Part shown: positions 32,607 to 51,064 of the stretch, in pieces
How positions within the stretch are numbered: position 1 is the stretch's first letter
Layout: each line of letters begins with the position of its first letter
Assembly: GCF_009914755.1 (NCBI RefSeq)
Contig: NC_060926.1
Length of the DNA stretch: 64,000 bases
DNA from: the human T2T-CHM13v2.0 reference genome, Homo sapiens
Direction: 5' to 3' (one strand)
Made by a program: the position numbers and the translations under genes
The notes under the pieces: generated by a model
Told to the model about the DNA's origin: nothing
Seen by the model: only the letters and a program-made list of their open reading frames with translations
Databases searched by the model: none

Positions 32607-33411
32607 CTCTAGACTAATGTAATAACCTATTATCCAATCTCACTGCTTCTACTCTGCTACCCCTACAATCCATTATCCTCAAAGCAGCCAGAATCATGGT
32701 ACTACAATATAAATATAAACTAGATTATGTCATTGCCTGCTTTATACTCTTCCACAACTTCCCATATTTAGGTTTAAATCTTAACTCTTCACCAGAGGCC
32801 CCCATGTACCCTTTTGAGAGCATGTTACATCACTCCTGCCCTCGATTCAGACACAGATTGCCTCCATTTGGTTCCTTTAACAGGCCAAGTTCATTCTTAC
32901 CTAAGGGTCTTGAGCTAACTTTTCTTAATGCCACAATATTCTGCTCTCAGTTCTTCATGTAGCTGACTCTTGCTATTCACATCTCAGCTTAAAGGACAAC
33001 TCCTCTGAGAGCATCTTTAATCATCCAATTTAAAGTAGCCATCTGGGAGACTTATACTTTGGACAAGATAGAGTAACAGGAACCAGACTTATCCCCCTAC
33101 CTGAAACAACTATAAAAACAGACACAATATATGGATCAATAGTGTTTTCAACACACTGAACATCAAGCAATAAAGAAAAGTGGTCTCTGAATATCAGAAA
33201 ACAAGCAAGGTAAATTCTACAACAGCTCCAACTTCATGCCTTGAGTGAATTCCCAGGCCCAGCACAGTGCCTCATTTGAGAAGATGAAGCTGAGTCTAGG
33301 GAAACCAAGACAGCTAGAATTCCCACAACAGAGTACCAGAGCGGAGAGAGCTGCAGAGAGAAAGCTCTGGAGATCTGCAGGGTGTCTCTTTTAAGTACTT
33401 AGCTTAGGAAT

Positions 33412-33446
33412 GGAGAGAGAGAGAGAGAGAGAGTGTGTGTGTGTGT
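33412..33446. repeat. (GA)n(GT)n microsatellite
   Basis: Direct reading. Confidence 0.9.
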
Positions 33447-33458
33447 CAAGAAACTACA

Positions 33459-33818
33459 TGATTAGTCAGTTTTCACACTACCCGAGACTGAGTAATTTAT
33501 AAAGGAAAGAGGTTTAATTGACTCATAGTTCCAAATGGCTAAGGAGGCCTCAGGAAACTTACGATCATGGCAGAAGGCAAAGCAAGCTTGGACCTTCTCA
33601 CATGGTAGTAGGAGAAAAAAGAGTGAGGAGCAAAGGGGGAAGAGCCCCTTATAAAACCATCAGCTCTTGTAAGAACTCACTATCATGAGAACAGCAAGGG
33701 AGACACTGCGTCCATGATCCAATCAGCTCCTACCAGATCTCTCCCTGGACACATGGGGATTACGGGGATTACAATTCAAGATGAGATTTGGGTGAGGACA
33801 CAACGCCTAACCATATCA
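33459..33818 (-). mobile_element. THE1 (THE1C/D-like) solo LTR
   Basis: Ends aaccatatca. Perfect TSD ctaca at 33454-33458 and 33819-33823. Confidence 0.9.
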
Positions 33819-35188
33819 CTACATGAGACTAAGGAAAGAATCACAGAAAATGATTATAGAGAACAGTACTGGGAACCCACACAGGACTAAAAACAGCATG
33901 TTCCCCACCATCTGGACTAGAAAAACTCATGATTGATGTCATGGGGCACTGTGCAGAACACAAAGCAAGATCTTGCCCCAGTAGTGGGAAATAATTAGCC
34001 CTAGTTGGACCACTGCTCCAATTCTGCAAAAAAAAAAAAAAATAATAATAATAAATCTTACAACACTTGAAAATATTAAGATGTTTCCCAGGAATTTAAA
34101 TTCATCTCAGAAGAAATCTCAAAAATACTTAAAAGAATACAAAAATATCCAGCACCCGACAAAGTAAAGTTTACAATATGTACAATTCAATAAAAAATTA
34201 CCAGCTATCTAAAGATGCAGGAAAATACTAACCATTAAAAGGGGATTTAAAAAAATAAGAACCGACATAAATGTAAGAACCAGCAGACAAAAACATTAAC
34301 ACAGTTATCACAAACATAACCTATATATTCAAGAAGTTAGAGACACAGAAAATTTTTCTTTTCAGAAAAAGAACCAAATCATACTTCTAGAGATGAAAAC
34401 TGAAATGAATGTATAAGCTGAAAAATACCTGGATGAGATTAAGGGCAGATTAGATCTTGTAGAAGAGAAGATTAATGAATTTAAGGACACAGGAACAGAA
34501 ACTATCTAAAATGAAAGAGAGAAAAAAAATGTTTTTAATGAATGAAGCATAAGTGAGCCTTATAGAAGTATGACCAGAATTCCTGAAAACGGAATGGGTG
34601 GAAAAAAAGTATTTGTAGAAATAATGGCAGAAAATTTTCCAAATTTGACAGAAGTTATAAACCTAAGTAGCTCAATAACCACAAGCATTAGAAATATGAA
34701 GAGCACCAAAGCACATCATAATCAAATAGCTTGAAACATGTGATCAAGAGAAAATCTTAAGAGCAGCCAAAGAAAATAAAAAGACACAGGAACAAAAATA
34801 AGGAAGAGAGAAGACTTTCTGTAGGAAATTAAATGAGATGACAGTGTAGTAACATCTTTAAATTACTGAAATTAAAAACCAGAGTAGAATCGAATTCCAT
34901 ACCCACATCTCATACAAGTGAACTCAGGTTTCACCTGAGGAAATGAAAGAAGAGCAAACAAAATCTAAAATAAGCAGAAGAAAGGAGGAATGAATACTGG
35001 AGCAGAAATCAGCAAAATAAAAAATAAATGAAAACAAAAATCTGTTTAAGATCAATAAAATTAATAAACCTCTAACTAGATTGATCAGGAAAAAAAAAGA
35101 GAAGACACAATGACCAATATCAAGAATAAGAGAGCCAGAAATCACTAAGGAGTCTACAGATATTAAAAAGATAATAGGGGAATATTAT

Positions 35189-35535
35189 TGTCTTAGTCCA
35201 TTTTGTGTTGCTATGACAGAATACCACAGACCGGGGTAATTTAGAAAAAAAATTATTTCTCACAGTTCTGGAGGCTGGGAAGCCCAATATCATGGTGCCA
35301 ACATCACACGAGGGCCTTCTTGGTGCATCATCCCACGGCAAAAGGCAAGGGTGAGACAGGACAAGAGAGCAGAAGGAAAGGGGGCTGAAGTCATCCCTGT
35401 ATCGGGAACTAACCTGCAAAAACTGGAAGAGCCCCCATGAACCACTCACCTCTTAGTGGTACCAACTCTCAACACTGCTGAGTTGGGAATTAAGTTTCCA
35501 ACACGTGAACTTCAGGCGACACATACAAAAAAGCA
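35189..35535 (-). mobile_element. MaLR solo LTR (MSTD/MLT1A-like)
   Basis: tgtcttagtccattttgtgttgct...gca with perfect TSD attat. Confidence 0.85.
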
Positions 35536-35585
35536 ATTATGAACAACTTTATGCTAACAAATTGACAAATTTCTTGAAAGGCCCT

Positions 35586-36057
35586 GATATGGTTTGGCTC
35601 TGTGTCCCCATTCAAATCTCATGTTGAATTGTAATCCCCAGTGTCGAATGAGGGGCCTGGTGGAAGGTGATTGGGTCATGGGGGCAGATTTCCCCCTTGC
35701 TGTTCTCATAATAATGAGTGAGTTCTCATGATATCTGGTTGTTTTAAAGTGTGCAGTACTTCTCCCTTCACTCTCCTGCCAGCCACGTGAAGATGCACTT
35801 GCTTCCCCTTCATCTTTGGCCACGACTGTAAATTTCTGGAGACCTCCCCAATCATGCTTCCTGTACAGCCTGTGGAACTGTGAGCCAATTAAACCTCTTT
35901 TCTTCATAAATTACCCAGTCTCAGGTAGTTCTTTATAGCAATGTGAGAATGGACTAATACAGCAAACCGGTACCAGAGAAGTAGGGCATTGCTATAAAGA
36001 TACCTGGAAATGTAGAAGTGACTTGGGAACTAGGCAACGAGCAGAGATTGGAATAGG
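35586..36057 (+). mobile_element. MSTA LTR (35586-35960) plus the start of MST internal sequence
   Basis: TGATATGGTTTGGCTCTGTGTCCCC...GACTAATACA followed by ggtaccagagaagtagggcattgctataaagatacc. Confidence 0.88.
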
Positions 36058-37535
<1,478 letters not shown>

Positions 37536-37539
37536 TATA

Positions 37540-38420
37540 TACCTTAACATCAAACTTAATTGGTAGAAGACTAAATGCTTTCCCCTAAAATCAGGAACAA
37601 GGAAAAAATGTCCACTCTCACCACTTCTATTCAACATTGTATTGGAAGTTCTATTCTACGCAATAGGGCAAGAGAAAGAAATAAAAGGTATCCAGATTAG
37701 AAAAAGGAAAGGAAAAAGTAAAACTGCTCTTACTTGTGAATGACATAATTGTCTCTTTAGGAATTCCAGTAAAGTAGAATCGAATTCAAATCTAAAGCAA
37801 CTAAAACTAATAAGTGAGTTTAGCAAGTCTGCATGATAAAGGTAAATACAAAAATCAACTGTATTTCTTTAGACTGGTAACTAACAATTCAAAAATATCA
37901 TTAATATGAAATACTTATGGATAAATATGACAAAAGATAAGACCTATAAACTGAAAACTAAAAATCCATGCTGAGAGAAATTAAAGACCACTTACATAAA
38001 TGAAGAATTATATCTTGCCCACAGGTCTGAAAAGACTCGATAGTGTTAAGATGTCAATTCTCTCTAAATTCATCTGCAGGCTTTTTTGTTGAAATCGACA
38101 AGTAACTCTAAAATACATATGGAAAGATAAAGAACCTATATAGCCAAAGCAACTTGGTAAGATACAAAGAACAAAGGTGGAACATTGTCACTACCTGATT
38201 TTAAGACTTAACTATAAAGCAACACTAACCAAGACAACATGGTGTTGGCACCATGATTGACATCTATAGACAACTATAACAAAGCTACACAGGCAATTCA
38301 GTAGCAAAACAATACCCTTTCAACAGTTGGTACTGGAATGATTGTATTTCCATATACAAAATAAACTTTGACTTATATAGGTGATCCACACCCCTCACCA
38401 TATACAAAAATTAACTCAGA
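37540..38420 (+). mobile_element. Old L1M ORF2 fragment
   Basis: ccactctcaccacttctattcaacattgtattggaagttct and similar ORF2 motifs. Confidence 0.8.
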
Positions 38421-38728
38421 AGTGTCATATGATAGTTTTGATCACAACTCAAAACTGCACAGATCTAAAGGCAAAAATATATTCCCTTAATGATATTTTA
38501 TCTATAGTGTTAATGTTTTATTTATAGTGTGTTAATGTCTCCTTTAATGTTCTCAGTTTTGTGTTTTCAGATATAATCATTGAGCTAATATAGACTTCAA
38601 AGTATCTTCCTATTTAATTTCTTTTTTAAAATCCTTTCATTGTTGCATCTCACACAAGAGTCCATCAATTCCTTCAACAACAGTAAACTCTGAAACATAT
38701 CAAAAGAAGATGATGCTAAAAGTAATTA

Positions 38729-38830
<102 letters not shown>

Positions 38831-39759
38831 CTAGAGAAAAAAGGCAAAAAAAGAGGCGGGGGGGAATTAAACATATTGTTAAAAAACAAGCAAATTCACA
38901 CACTTACAAAATTACAAAGCAAGTAAATTATCTTTATACTCCACAGGAACTTGCTTCAGGGAATAGGTTGTCCCCACCTCTTTCAATTAACTTTGAATTC
39001 CACAAACAGCACATGACTATATTCCCCTTTATTAAACATTTACACATAAAGTCTGATCACACCCCCATTCTTGTCTGGTCATTCTCTTCCTCCACAGAGA
39101 CACATAGCTATTATCCATTTGGTAAGTAACCTACGATTTTTTTCCCTATGTATTTCTTATATATGAACAAATGTGTCTATTTATCTGATATATATTTTAT
39201 ATATAAGAATATATACAACTATACATATATAAAATTCACACTCTATTCCATGGCCTGCAAGGCTCTATATCACCTGGCCTAGCTGACCTCTTTGACTTTA
39301 TCTCCCATCACTCTTCCCGCACTCGTTCCACTAGCCATGGGGGCTTCATGCCATTCCTCCAAAATTTTAAGCTTTTACAATTTCAATTAATCATAAAACT
39401 TCTAAGGTAAGAAGAAAAACTACTAGATAAGGCCACTGCCTGCTCAATCACTGCTTTTTCTCTAAGGGAATCTGCTCTGCCCAGAGACTCTCTTTTCCTT
39501 TCCCCAGGAGGGGCTGAACTAGGGATTGGCAATGGACCCAAGGGCAGCCAATGGAGACTAACCAGAATTCAGAGGCCTGGGGAGCAAAGAGGCAGGGGTG
39601 AATTAGATAAGGTTCTTCTTACTCTTAGGTACTTAAAACTAAAACACAGTGCACAGTTGTCAGTCGATGACAGGCAGTGAAGCTTAAAGGTCATCTGACA
39701 TTTGAGCTAAAGATGACAATGACAGCCAAGTAAAAGCTGGTTTTATATGCGGTAGAGAC

Positions 39760-39795
<36 letters not shown>

Positions 39796-40859
39796 ACCCT
39801 GAGAATGCTGCAGTCTGTACAAGACAGAAAACAAAACAAACACATAAAAAGAAGCAGAGATAGAAAAATAAACACACAACTTAAATTTGCCTCAAGCCCA
39901 CACCTGCAGTCCAATTTTCAGGAACATAAGCAATGCCTAAGGTCCCTGAACTTGTCTAATAACTGCCCCATTCTCTTTTGTGGATCTTTTTGAGTGAGTC
40001 TCTGTTCTTTCCAATTAAAATGTCTCTTCACCACATTTTCAGTTAGAACTAGACCTAGATCCTGCCATCAGCATCACACAACGTAAGTCTTTGGGCCCCC
40101 AGTATATATTCACTGCAATACTGTTCTGTGCTTTTCCTCCCAACACAACCTCCTAACACTGCTGTCCCTGACTAGTCATTCCCATCACATCTTCTGGAAT
40201 CTTCATTCCTTTACAAAGGAACAACCTAACAGACCAAATTCTCTACAGAGGGCCCTCTCCACCTCCTGAACTCTATGGAAAAAGAAACTTAAAAACCCCA
40301 TATTACTTCACATAGAAGCTACAGATCCATGCGGGGTAACTGATTCATTGATTCCATTTGTTATCTTATATTACATAGAGTATGTTTTATTTTAGCATTG
40401 GCTGATAATAGTGAATTAAAGAAAAGACATCAAGATTTGAGCAAAAAGTTATTAATGAAAAACTATCAGAATAAGAGACCACTGACATAAGAATCATTAA
40501 GAGCCAATTTTAAAGCCTTTCAATAAAGATGAAGGTTCAGAATAGTCAAGCCACTTCACTTGAAGATACTAGGAATACGCTGAACCATTTCGAATGGGGT
40601 ATAAAACCCTAATGGCAGATTCGTAACTAATTTTTCTATCTTACATCAAAGAATCTATTATAGGTTACTTGTAAGCAGCCCTCTTAACTTCTGAAATTTG
40701 ATTTTACATTTTATTTAACCATTAATCTTAGCTGATACTTCTTTGCTAGACTAAAAAGGCTCCAAAGTCTTCAAGTTTTATTGTATTAGCTAATTTTATA
40801 CAGATTCATTCTCCAAATATAATACTTTATTCCAATTCCAACTCTCCTCAAATCTCTCC

Positions 40860-41860
40860 CCCAAACCTACCAAACCCAGTAGTCAAATCTCATTTTTCAC
40901 CAAGCTGAACACTAGCTAAATAGCTCAGTAATATTTGACAGTTGCTCATTCCTACTTTATGAAATGCTTTACTGGGCTTTGAGGCACCATACATTCCTGC
41001 TTTAAAATCTAACTCATTAGTTACTCTTTCATTTCTCCCTGATATCAAAGTGTTGACCTGCCACAATAATTAGATGTCATCCTTCTACTCCACTTCACTC
41101 TACCCCACTGTACTCTGTCCTGTCTACATGCATTCCCTAGGAGATCTCTTCCAGCCCTAGGATTTTAAGCACCACCTAAAACACTAATAAATTATTTCCC
41201 CATCCCTGATTTCTCTACTCAGCTATTTAACGTCTCGTCTTGAATGTCTAATAAGTATCTCAACCTTCACACATCAAAAGTAAATCTCTTGATTTCTCCT
41301 TAAGTGTGCTCCTCTCTCTGTCTTCATCTCAGTAAACAGCATCACAATTCACCCAGCTGCTCAGGCCAAACATCTCAGCATTACCTTCTTTCCTTTCTAC
41401 CCCACAATGTAATCTATGAACTATCCTGAGAGCTCTAACTTAAAAATATATCCTGGACTGGGCCACTTTTCACCATCTACACTATTACGACCCCACAATG
41501 TAATCTATGAACTATCCTGAGAGCTCTAACTTAAAAATATATCCCGGACTGGGCCACTTTTCACCATCTACACTATTACGACCCTACTTGAAGCCTTTAT
41601 CCTCTCTTGCCCAGGCTGGTGTATCTTGCTTCTATTCTTGCCACAATCTATCATCTCTATACCAGTCAAAGCACGCTTATTAAAATGTAAAACATATCAC
41701 GTCATTCTCCCGCCCAGAAGTCTCCAGTGACTTCCCTTCACACTAAAATATTATCATGGCTGATATGGTCCCATATGATCTGGTCCCCTTCTACCTTCCT
41801 GATTTTATAGTCTACCATTCCCCACTTTCTCACTTCCCCTCCAGCAAGCCACACGGGCTT
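40860..41860. mobile_element. L2 fragment
   Basis: L2 motifs (catctcagtaaacagcatcacaattcacccagctgctcaggccaaa). Confidence 0.7.
41400..41581. repeat. Near-perfect tandem duplication, 2 x 91 bp
   Basis: ccccacaatgtaatctatgaac...ctacactattacga at 41400-41490 and 41491-41581, with one mismatch (cctgga/cccgga). Confidence 0.97.
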
Positions 41861-41929
41861 TCTTTCTTTTTTCTTTCTTTTTTTTTTTTTAAACTCTCTT
41901 GATGTATAATATCCACTTAAAGGTACACA

Positions 41930-45092
<3,163 letters not shown>

Positions 45093-46442
45093 AAGATTAG
45101 TCATTTTTAAATGTTTGAAAATATCATACCAGTAGAGTTATTTCAGATAGGCAAAGGTTTGTTCCTATGGTTTCTCCATTTTAGTGCTAGTGCCATATTG
45201 TTCACTATGGAACTCATTAAGTAATTCAACTTCATATTTAGTTATAAACCGAGGCTTTTAGACAAGTATTTATAAAGTATCTTTCTGCAGTTGAGTACAG
45301 TCAATAATCAGTGATATTAAAATGGTAAAAAGCTGAATAAAGTTTGAAACAGATTGAGCTAAGCCATATCTTCTAAAGAAGCAAAAATGGAAATTTAGGG
45401 CTTGCCAAGTTGGGCCCCTAAGGGGACCTCAGGAACTAGGATAGCCTAGATTCAAGCCATCATTCTAGGATGACCTCGAATTAAGTCCAGCTTCAAATTC
45501 TCTGAAGTCCTGACTAGACTGAGATGATCTGGGACTGCTAGTGCCCTTAGCCTGAACACCTACCAGAAACAAAGGTCCATCTTCTTTGGAGAGAGAACAT
45601 CATCCTAGGACTCAAAAATATCTGCATTTTAAATACTCAATTAGAAATAACTCAGAAATAATCAGACATATGAGAAAAGACCACAACTAAAGGCACAATA
45701 GATACAGACTCACAGGACATTAAAATTTAAATGTACTATCTAACCATTCTACAATTATGGTATGTCCTACCTCAAATAAAGGTTTTTGCCATAAAACGTA
45801 CGTCATTGGATATTTAAAAAGTTATACCACTTTCCTTTAGTTAGTGTGGTATGCTATCTTAACCCTTCTGTGCCTTATATTTATGGTGTCCCGAGCACTC
45901 TGACATTCACTGTTTTTTAACTGCGTTATTATTAAACAATCATCTTCATATAGTAATACAATCTACTATAAACAATGTTAATATGGACAAGCATAACATT
46001 TGAACAAAAATGGAAAAAGCATGTGAATGTAGTCAAACTCCTACTCTGTCACTGTAAAAATGACTTCCTATTTAAGTTTTTGGCATCCCTAAAGGCAAAA
46101 TTTAGGCAACCTAAGACTTTACTTTTTAATTAAGAAACCTAGCTAGATGAGTTTTCAGACTGTTCCAATAGGAGAAGAAAGCTGACACAGCTCTGTTTTT
46201 GGCTTTAAAAGAACATCTCATTATAATTACTTTAAAAGGACAATTAAATCCATTCAAACATATAAATACGTTAATCTGCAACTAGGAATCAGCACTTGCT
46301 CCCATATTTCCAGATATTACTATTCTAGACAAAAAGCAATTTTTTTTAACTGCTCCTTGTGGAGCAGGGCTAACCCATAGGCAGCGTGCCCAGAGTAGCC
46401 CAATATTAATTTTCAAAGACTGATAATTATAAAGATATTTAA

Positions 46443-47833
46443 AGTAACCAAAACAGCATGGTACTGGTACCAAAAGAGGTATATAGACCAATGGAACAGG
46501 ACAGAGCCCTCAGAAATAACACCACATATCTAAAACCATCTAATTTTTGAGAAACCTGACAAAAACAAGCAATGGGGAAAGGATTCCCTATTTAATAAAT
46601 GGTGCTGGGAAAACTGGTTAGCCATGTGCAGAAAACAGAAACTGGACCGCTCTCCTTACACCTTATACAAAAATTAACTTAAGATGGATTAAAGACTTAA
46701 ACGTAAGACCTAAAACCATAAAAACCCTAGAAGAAAATCTAGGCAATACCATTCAGGACATAGGCATTGGCAAAGACTTCATGACTAAAACAGCAAAAGC
46801 AATGCCAACAAAAGCCAAAATTGACAAATGGGATCTAATCAAACTAAAGAGCTTCTGCACAGCAAAAGAAACTGTCATCAACGTGAACAGGCAACCTATG
46901 GAATGAGAGAAAATTTTTGCAAGCTATCCATCTGACAAAGGTCTAATATCCAGAATCTACAAGGAACTGAAACAAATTTACAAGAAAAAAAAATCAAAAA
47001 GTGGGTGAAGGATATGAACAGACTCTTCTCAAAAGAAGACATTTATGCAGTCAACAAACATATGAAAAAAAGCTCATCATAACTGGTCATTAGAGAAATA
47101 CAAATCAAAACCACAATGAGATACCATCTCACACCAGTTAGAATGGTGATTATTAAGAAGTCAGGAAACAACAGCTGCTGGCAAGGCAGTGGAAAAATGG
47201 GAACACTTTACACTGCTGGTGGGAGTGTAAATTAGTTCAACCATTGTGGAAGACAGTTTGGTGATTTCTCAAGGATCTAGAACCAGAAACCCCATTTGAC
47301 CCAGCAATCCCATTACTGGGTATATACCCAAAGGATTATAAATCATTCTACTATAAAGACACATGCACACATATGTTTACTGCAGCACTGTTCACAATAG
47401 CAAAGAGTTGGAACCAACCCAGATGCACATCAATGACAGACTAAATAAAGAAAATGTGGCACATACACACCATGGAATACTATGCAGCCATAAAAAAAAC
47501 AATGAGTTCATGTCCTTTGCAGGGACATGGATGAAGCTGGAAGCCATCATTCTCAGCAAACTAACACAGGTACCGAAAACCAAATGTATGTTCTCATAAG
47601 TGGGAGCTGAACAATGAGAACACATGGACACAGGGAGGGGAACATCACACACCGGGGCCTGTCGGGAGGTGAGGAGCAAGGGGAGGCAGAGCATTAGGAC
47701 AAATACCTAATACATGCAGGGCTTAAAACCTAGATGACGGGTTGACAGGTGCAGCATATCACCATGGCACATGTATACCTGCACGTTCTGCACATGTATC
47801 CCAGAGTTTAAAGTAAAATAAAATTTAAAAAAA
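46443..47833 (+). mobile_element. 5'-truncated LINE-1 (older L1PA, about PA10-13)
   Basis: ORF2 3' part and 3'UTR (GGGCTTAAAACCTAGATGACGGG). TSD aaagatatttaa(a/g)gt at 46431-46445 and 47888-47902. Confidence 0.93.
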
Positions 47834-48639
47834 TGTACTAGTAAAAATAAATTTAGTTATTACACCTTTTTTTTTTTTTTTAAAAAAAAAGATATTTAAG
47901 GTTATTTTAAGGCATAGTTAACCACCCATGATTTATACTAATGGCAAGATTAATCCCTCAACGCATAAACACAGACACATGTAAACAATTCAACTTGGTG
48001 CTCAAAAAGTAAATATTCCAAAGTAAACAGTTGATAACCACAGTAAAGAAGACAAAAAACTCAGAAAGATACACAATGGGGTGATGTGACTGATGTTTAC
48101 AGAAAAAGTCATGGATTTAAATCTAACCAGGGAGAATGAGTAAGCTCCTGCCCAGAATAAACACTGCATCACAGTATTAGAGAGTATGTGATAGCCTATC
48201 GCTATCACTCAGGATAAATGATGCTTTGAAATAGCACCATTTCAATTTCTTTTGTTAGAAATTCAAGTAGATTTGTCATCGCACATGCTTTCACTATGGC
48301 ATAAAAGTTACTATTATGACTATTAAATAAGTTTCTTAATGTATCTCTGGGACCACATACATTAGATTAACAGAACAGCAGGCTGCAAAGTAAAAACAAA
48401 GATTTTTACTATGTTTCTCATATTAACGGGCTCATATTGCATCTTAATATGTATATTGATTATATAATAATGTATTTTAATGGACTAACACATAGAGATT
48501 AGCACCAAACAGATTTTTTTTACCCTGCTATTGGGTATGTATAATTCATGTTATTTTTAGACAAAAATGATATTCAACAACAAATAATTGAGAGAAAATA
48601 TTTAACTTATTTACATATTATTATTAATTATTTACCATT

Positions 48640-49910
48640 CTAGGAGGTCCAGCTCAAAATTAAATTCATCTCCCTTCACTCTCCCCAGCCCACCCCATAG
48701 CTACTCTTCTCAAATCTTAGTAAATAGTGCCACCATTTATTCCATGGCCCAGCCTAGACACCTGAAAGTCATTCTTGCTCCACTTTATCCATCACATACA
48801 ATCCATCATCAAAACCCATCAAGTCTTCTCCAAAATCTCCCTATCTCCCTCTTAAATCTATCTACCCATTATCTCTACACTACTTTTTTTTTTTTTTTTT
48901 TTTTTTTGAGAGGGAGTCTTGCTCTGTCATCCAGGCTACAGTGCAGTGGCGTGATCTCAGCTCACTGCAACCTCTACCTCCCGGGTTTCAAGCGATTCTC
49001 CTGCATCAGCCTCCCAGGTAGCTGGGATTACAGGTGCGCACCACTGGGCCCAGCTAATTTTTGTTATTTTCAGTAGAGACGGGGTTTCGCCATGTTGGCC
49101 AGGCTGGTCTGAGACTCCCAACCTGAGGTGATCCACTGCCTCCGCCTCCCAAAGTGCTGGGATTACAGGTGTGAGCCACTGTGTCTGGCCTCTACCTTAT
49201 ATTTAATCACCATGATCTCTCACCCGATTCCCTGCAATAGCTTCCTAAATAATCACTTTACTTCCAATCCCACCCTCCTAAAGTCAATTCTTCCCACCAG
49301 AGTTCTTTCTAAAATGCAAATCTGTTCTAGTCATTGCCCCTGCTAAAAAGCACTTAATTAGCTCTCCATATTGATCTGAAGATCAACTACTTAACATGTC
49401 CTATAAGAGAGCTGATCTGGCTTCTTGCTTACCTCTATGGCCTCAGAATTTAACCCCTATCTCCTTCACAGTATAAAATGTAGGCACACTGAACTTTGCT
49501 CAAATATGAATTCTCTCTTATCTCATTTTCACATATGCTATTATCTTCTCACCCACACACTGTCGTTCAACACTGCATCGAACCCTTACACAATTGCACC
49601 AACCATATCGCATTCTTTTACTACTCTCAGCTTTTCTTCTCTGGTTAATTCCTCCTTCCTTAAGCCTCCGCTTAAATATAACTTCCTCCAAAAGGCTTTC
49701 CCTACACTACCCCCATCACTACACTATTCGCACATACACACAGTTAAGGCTGGTATTGTTTAATGTATTTCCAGACTACCCCATATTTGCCTGTTTGGAC
49801 AGTAAGCTCTAGGAGAAAGGAAAACATGTCTGTTTTGTTCACTGTTTTATCACCAGAGCCCAACCAGTATCTGGCACATCTAGACATCCAATAAGTTTTG
49901 CTGCTTGGGT
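48640..49910. mobile_element. L2 fragments including the L2 3' end
   Basis: gtaagctctaggagaaaggaaaacatgtctgttttgttcactg...cccaaccagtatctggcacat. Confidence 0.7.
48884..49190 (-). mobile_element. AluS
   Basis: Antisense Alu with T-tail. Confidence 0.92.
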
Positions 49911-50710
49911 AAAATAGTTGAGAACAATCTCAAATGATGGCTAAAGTCATAATGAGCCTCTAGTTAGTTTCGAAGCTCACATATCCATATATCCTTAGGG
50001 GAATGAGCTCGTTTTATGGGCAAAGAGCTCTCCTCTGCTTTTCTTCTCTGAAATACTTTCACGCCTCAATAAGAAACAGAAACCTCTAGACCAAAAATCA
50101 TCCAAACCAACATGGTCAGGGCAGAAGGCCAGATGAGAAATGCACAGGGCAAAAGGTGCCTGCTACTTGACCTTGAACCTAGGGTGGTTTCATATTACAA
50201 ATGAAAGGAACCCAAAACCTGACCAATATGGCCAAAGGAAATGGCCAAGGGAAAAAAAAAAACTCCCTGTAGATCTCAGAATCTGTAAGTTTGTCAAAGT
50301 TGCCAAGAATATCTATACTCCTGCAAGTCAAAAATTTCCCAGAATGCAATACCTTAATGGGGGGGCAGGGAGACGGAAGGTAGTGAGGTCAAGTTCTTGG
50401 TAAGAAAATGAAAGTACTCTCCAACTTAGATATCCCTGGGCTAAAGGGTAGATGGAAATGGGGTATAGGAAGCTAAAAAAAACAAGGGCTCTATCTAATA
50501 AGACAGACAAGTAGTAAAATACAATTAAACAGACCATCTGTGGTATATTGCCAAGCAGCAAAGGAACATCACTTAGATGATAATCCATTACATCTTGAAA
50601 AATCAATATAACCCAATGCTTACCTGTTAAAAAGAAAAAAAAAGCTCATTAAGAAACTAAATGACCCTGAAATTTTACTATAAGAAACTACGCAACTCAA
50701 AGCAATCCTA

Positions 50711-51064
<354 letters not shown>

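Larger units (their letters stand above)
31010..33040. mobile_element. L2 fragments hosting MLT1 and MER3
   Basis: Pyrimidine-rich L2 motifs (ctccacacaatagccaaagtgatcttttaaaaa; cttaaaaccctcccatggct). Confidence 0.65.
33045..35585 (+). mobile_element. Old L1M 5'UTR/ORF1/ORF2-start region, interrupted by THE1 and MST LTRs
   Basis: Degenerate ORF1 motifs (gaaataatggcagaaaattttccaaattt; gagaaaatcttaagagcagccaaagaa). Confidence 0.7.
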
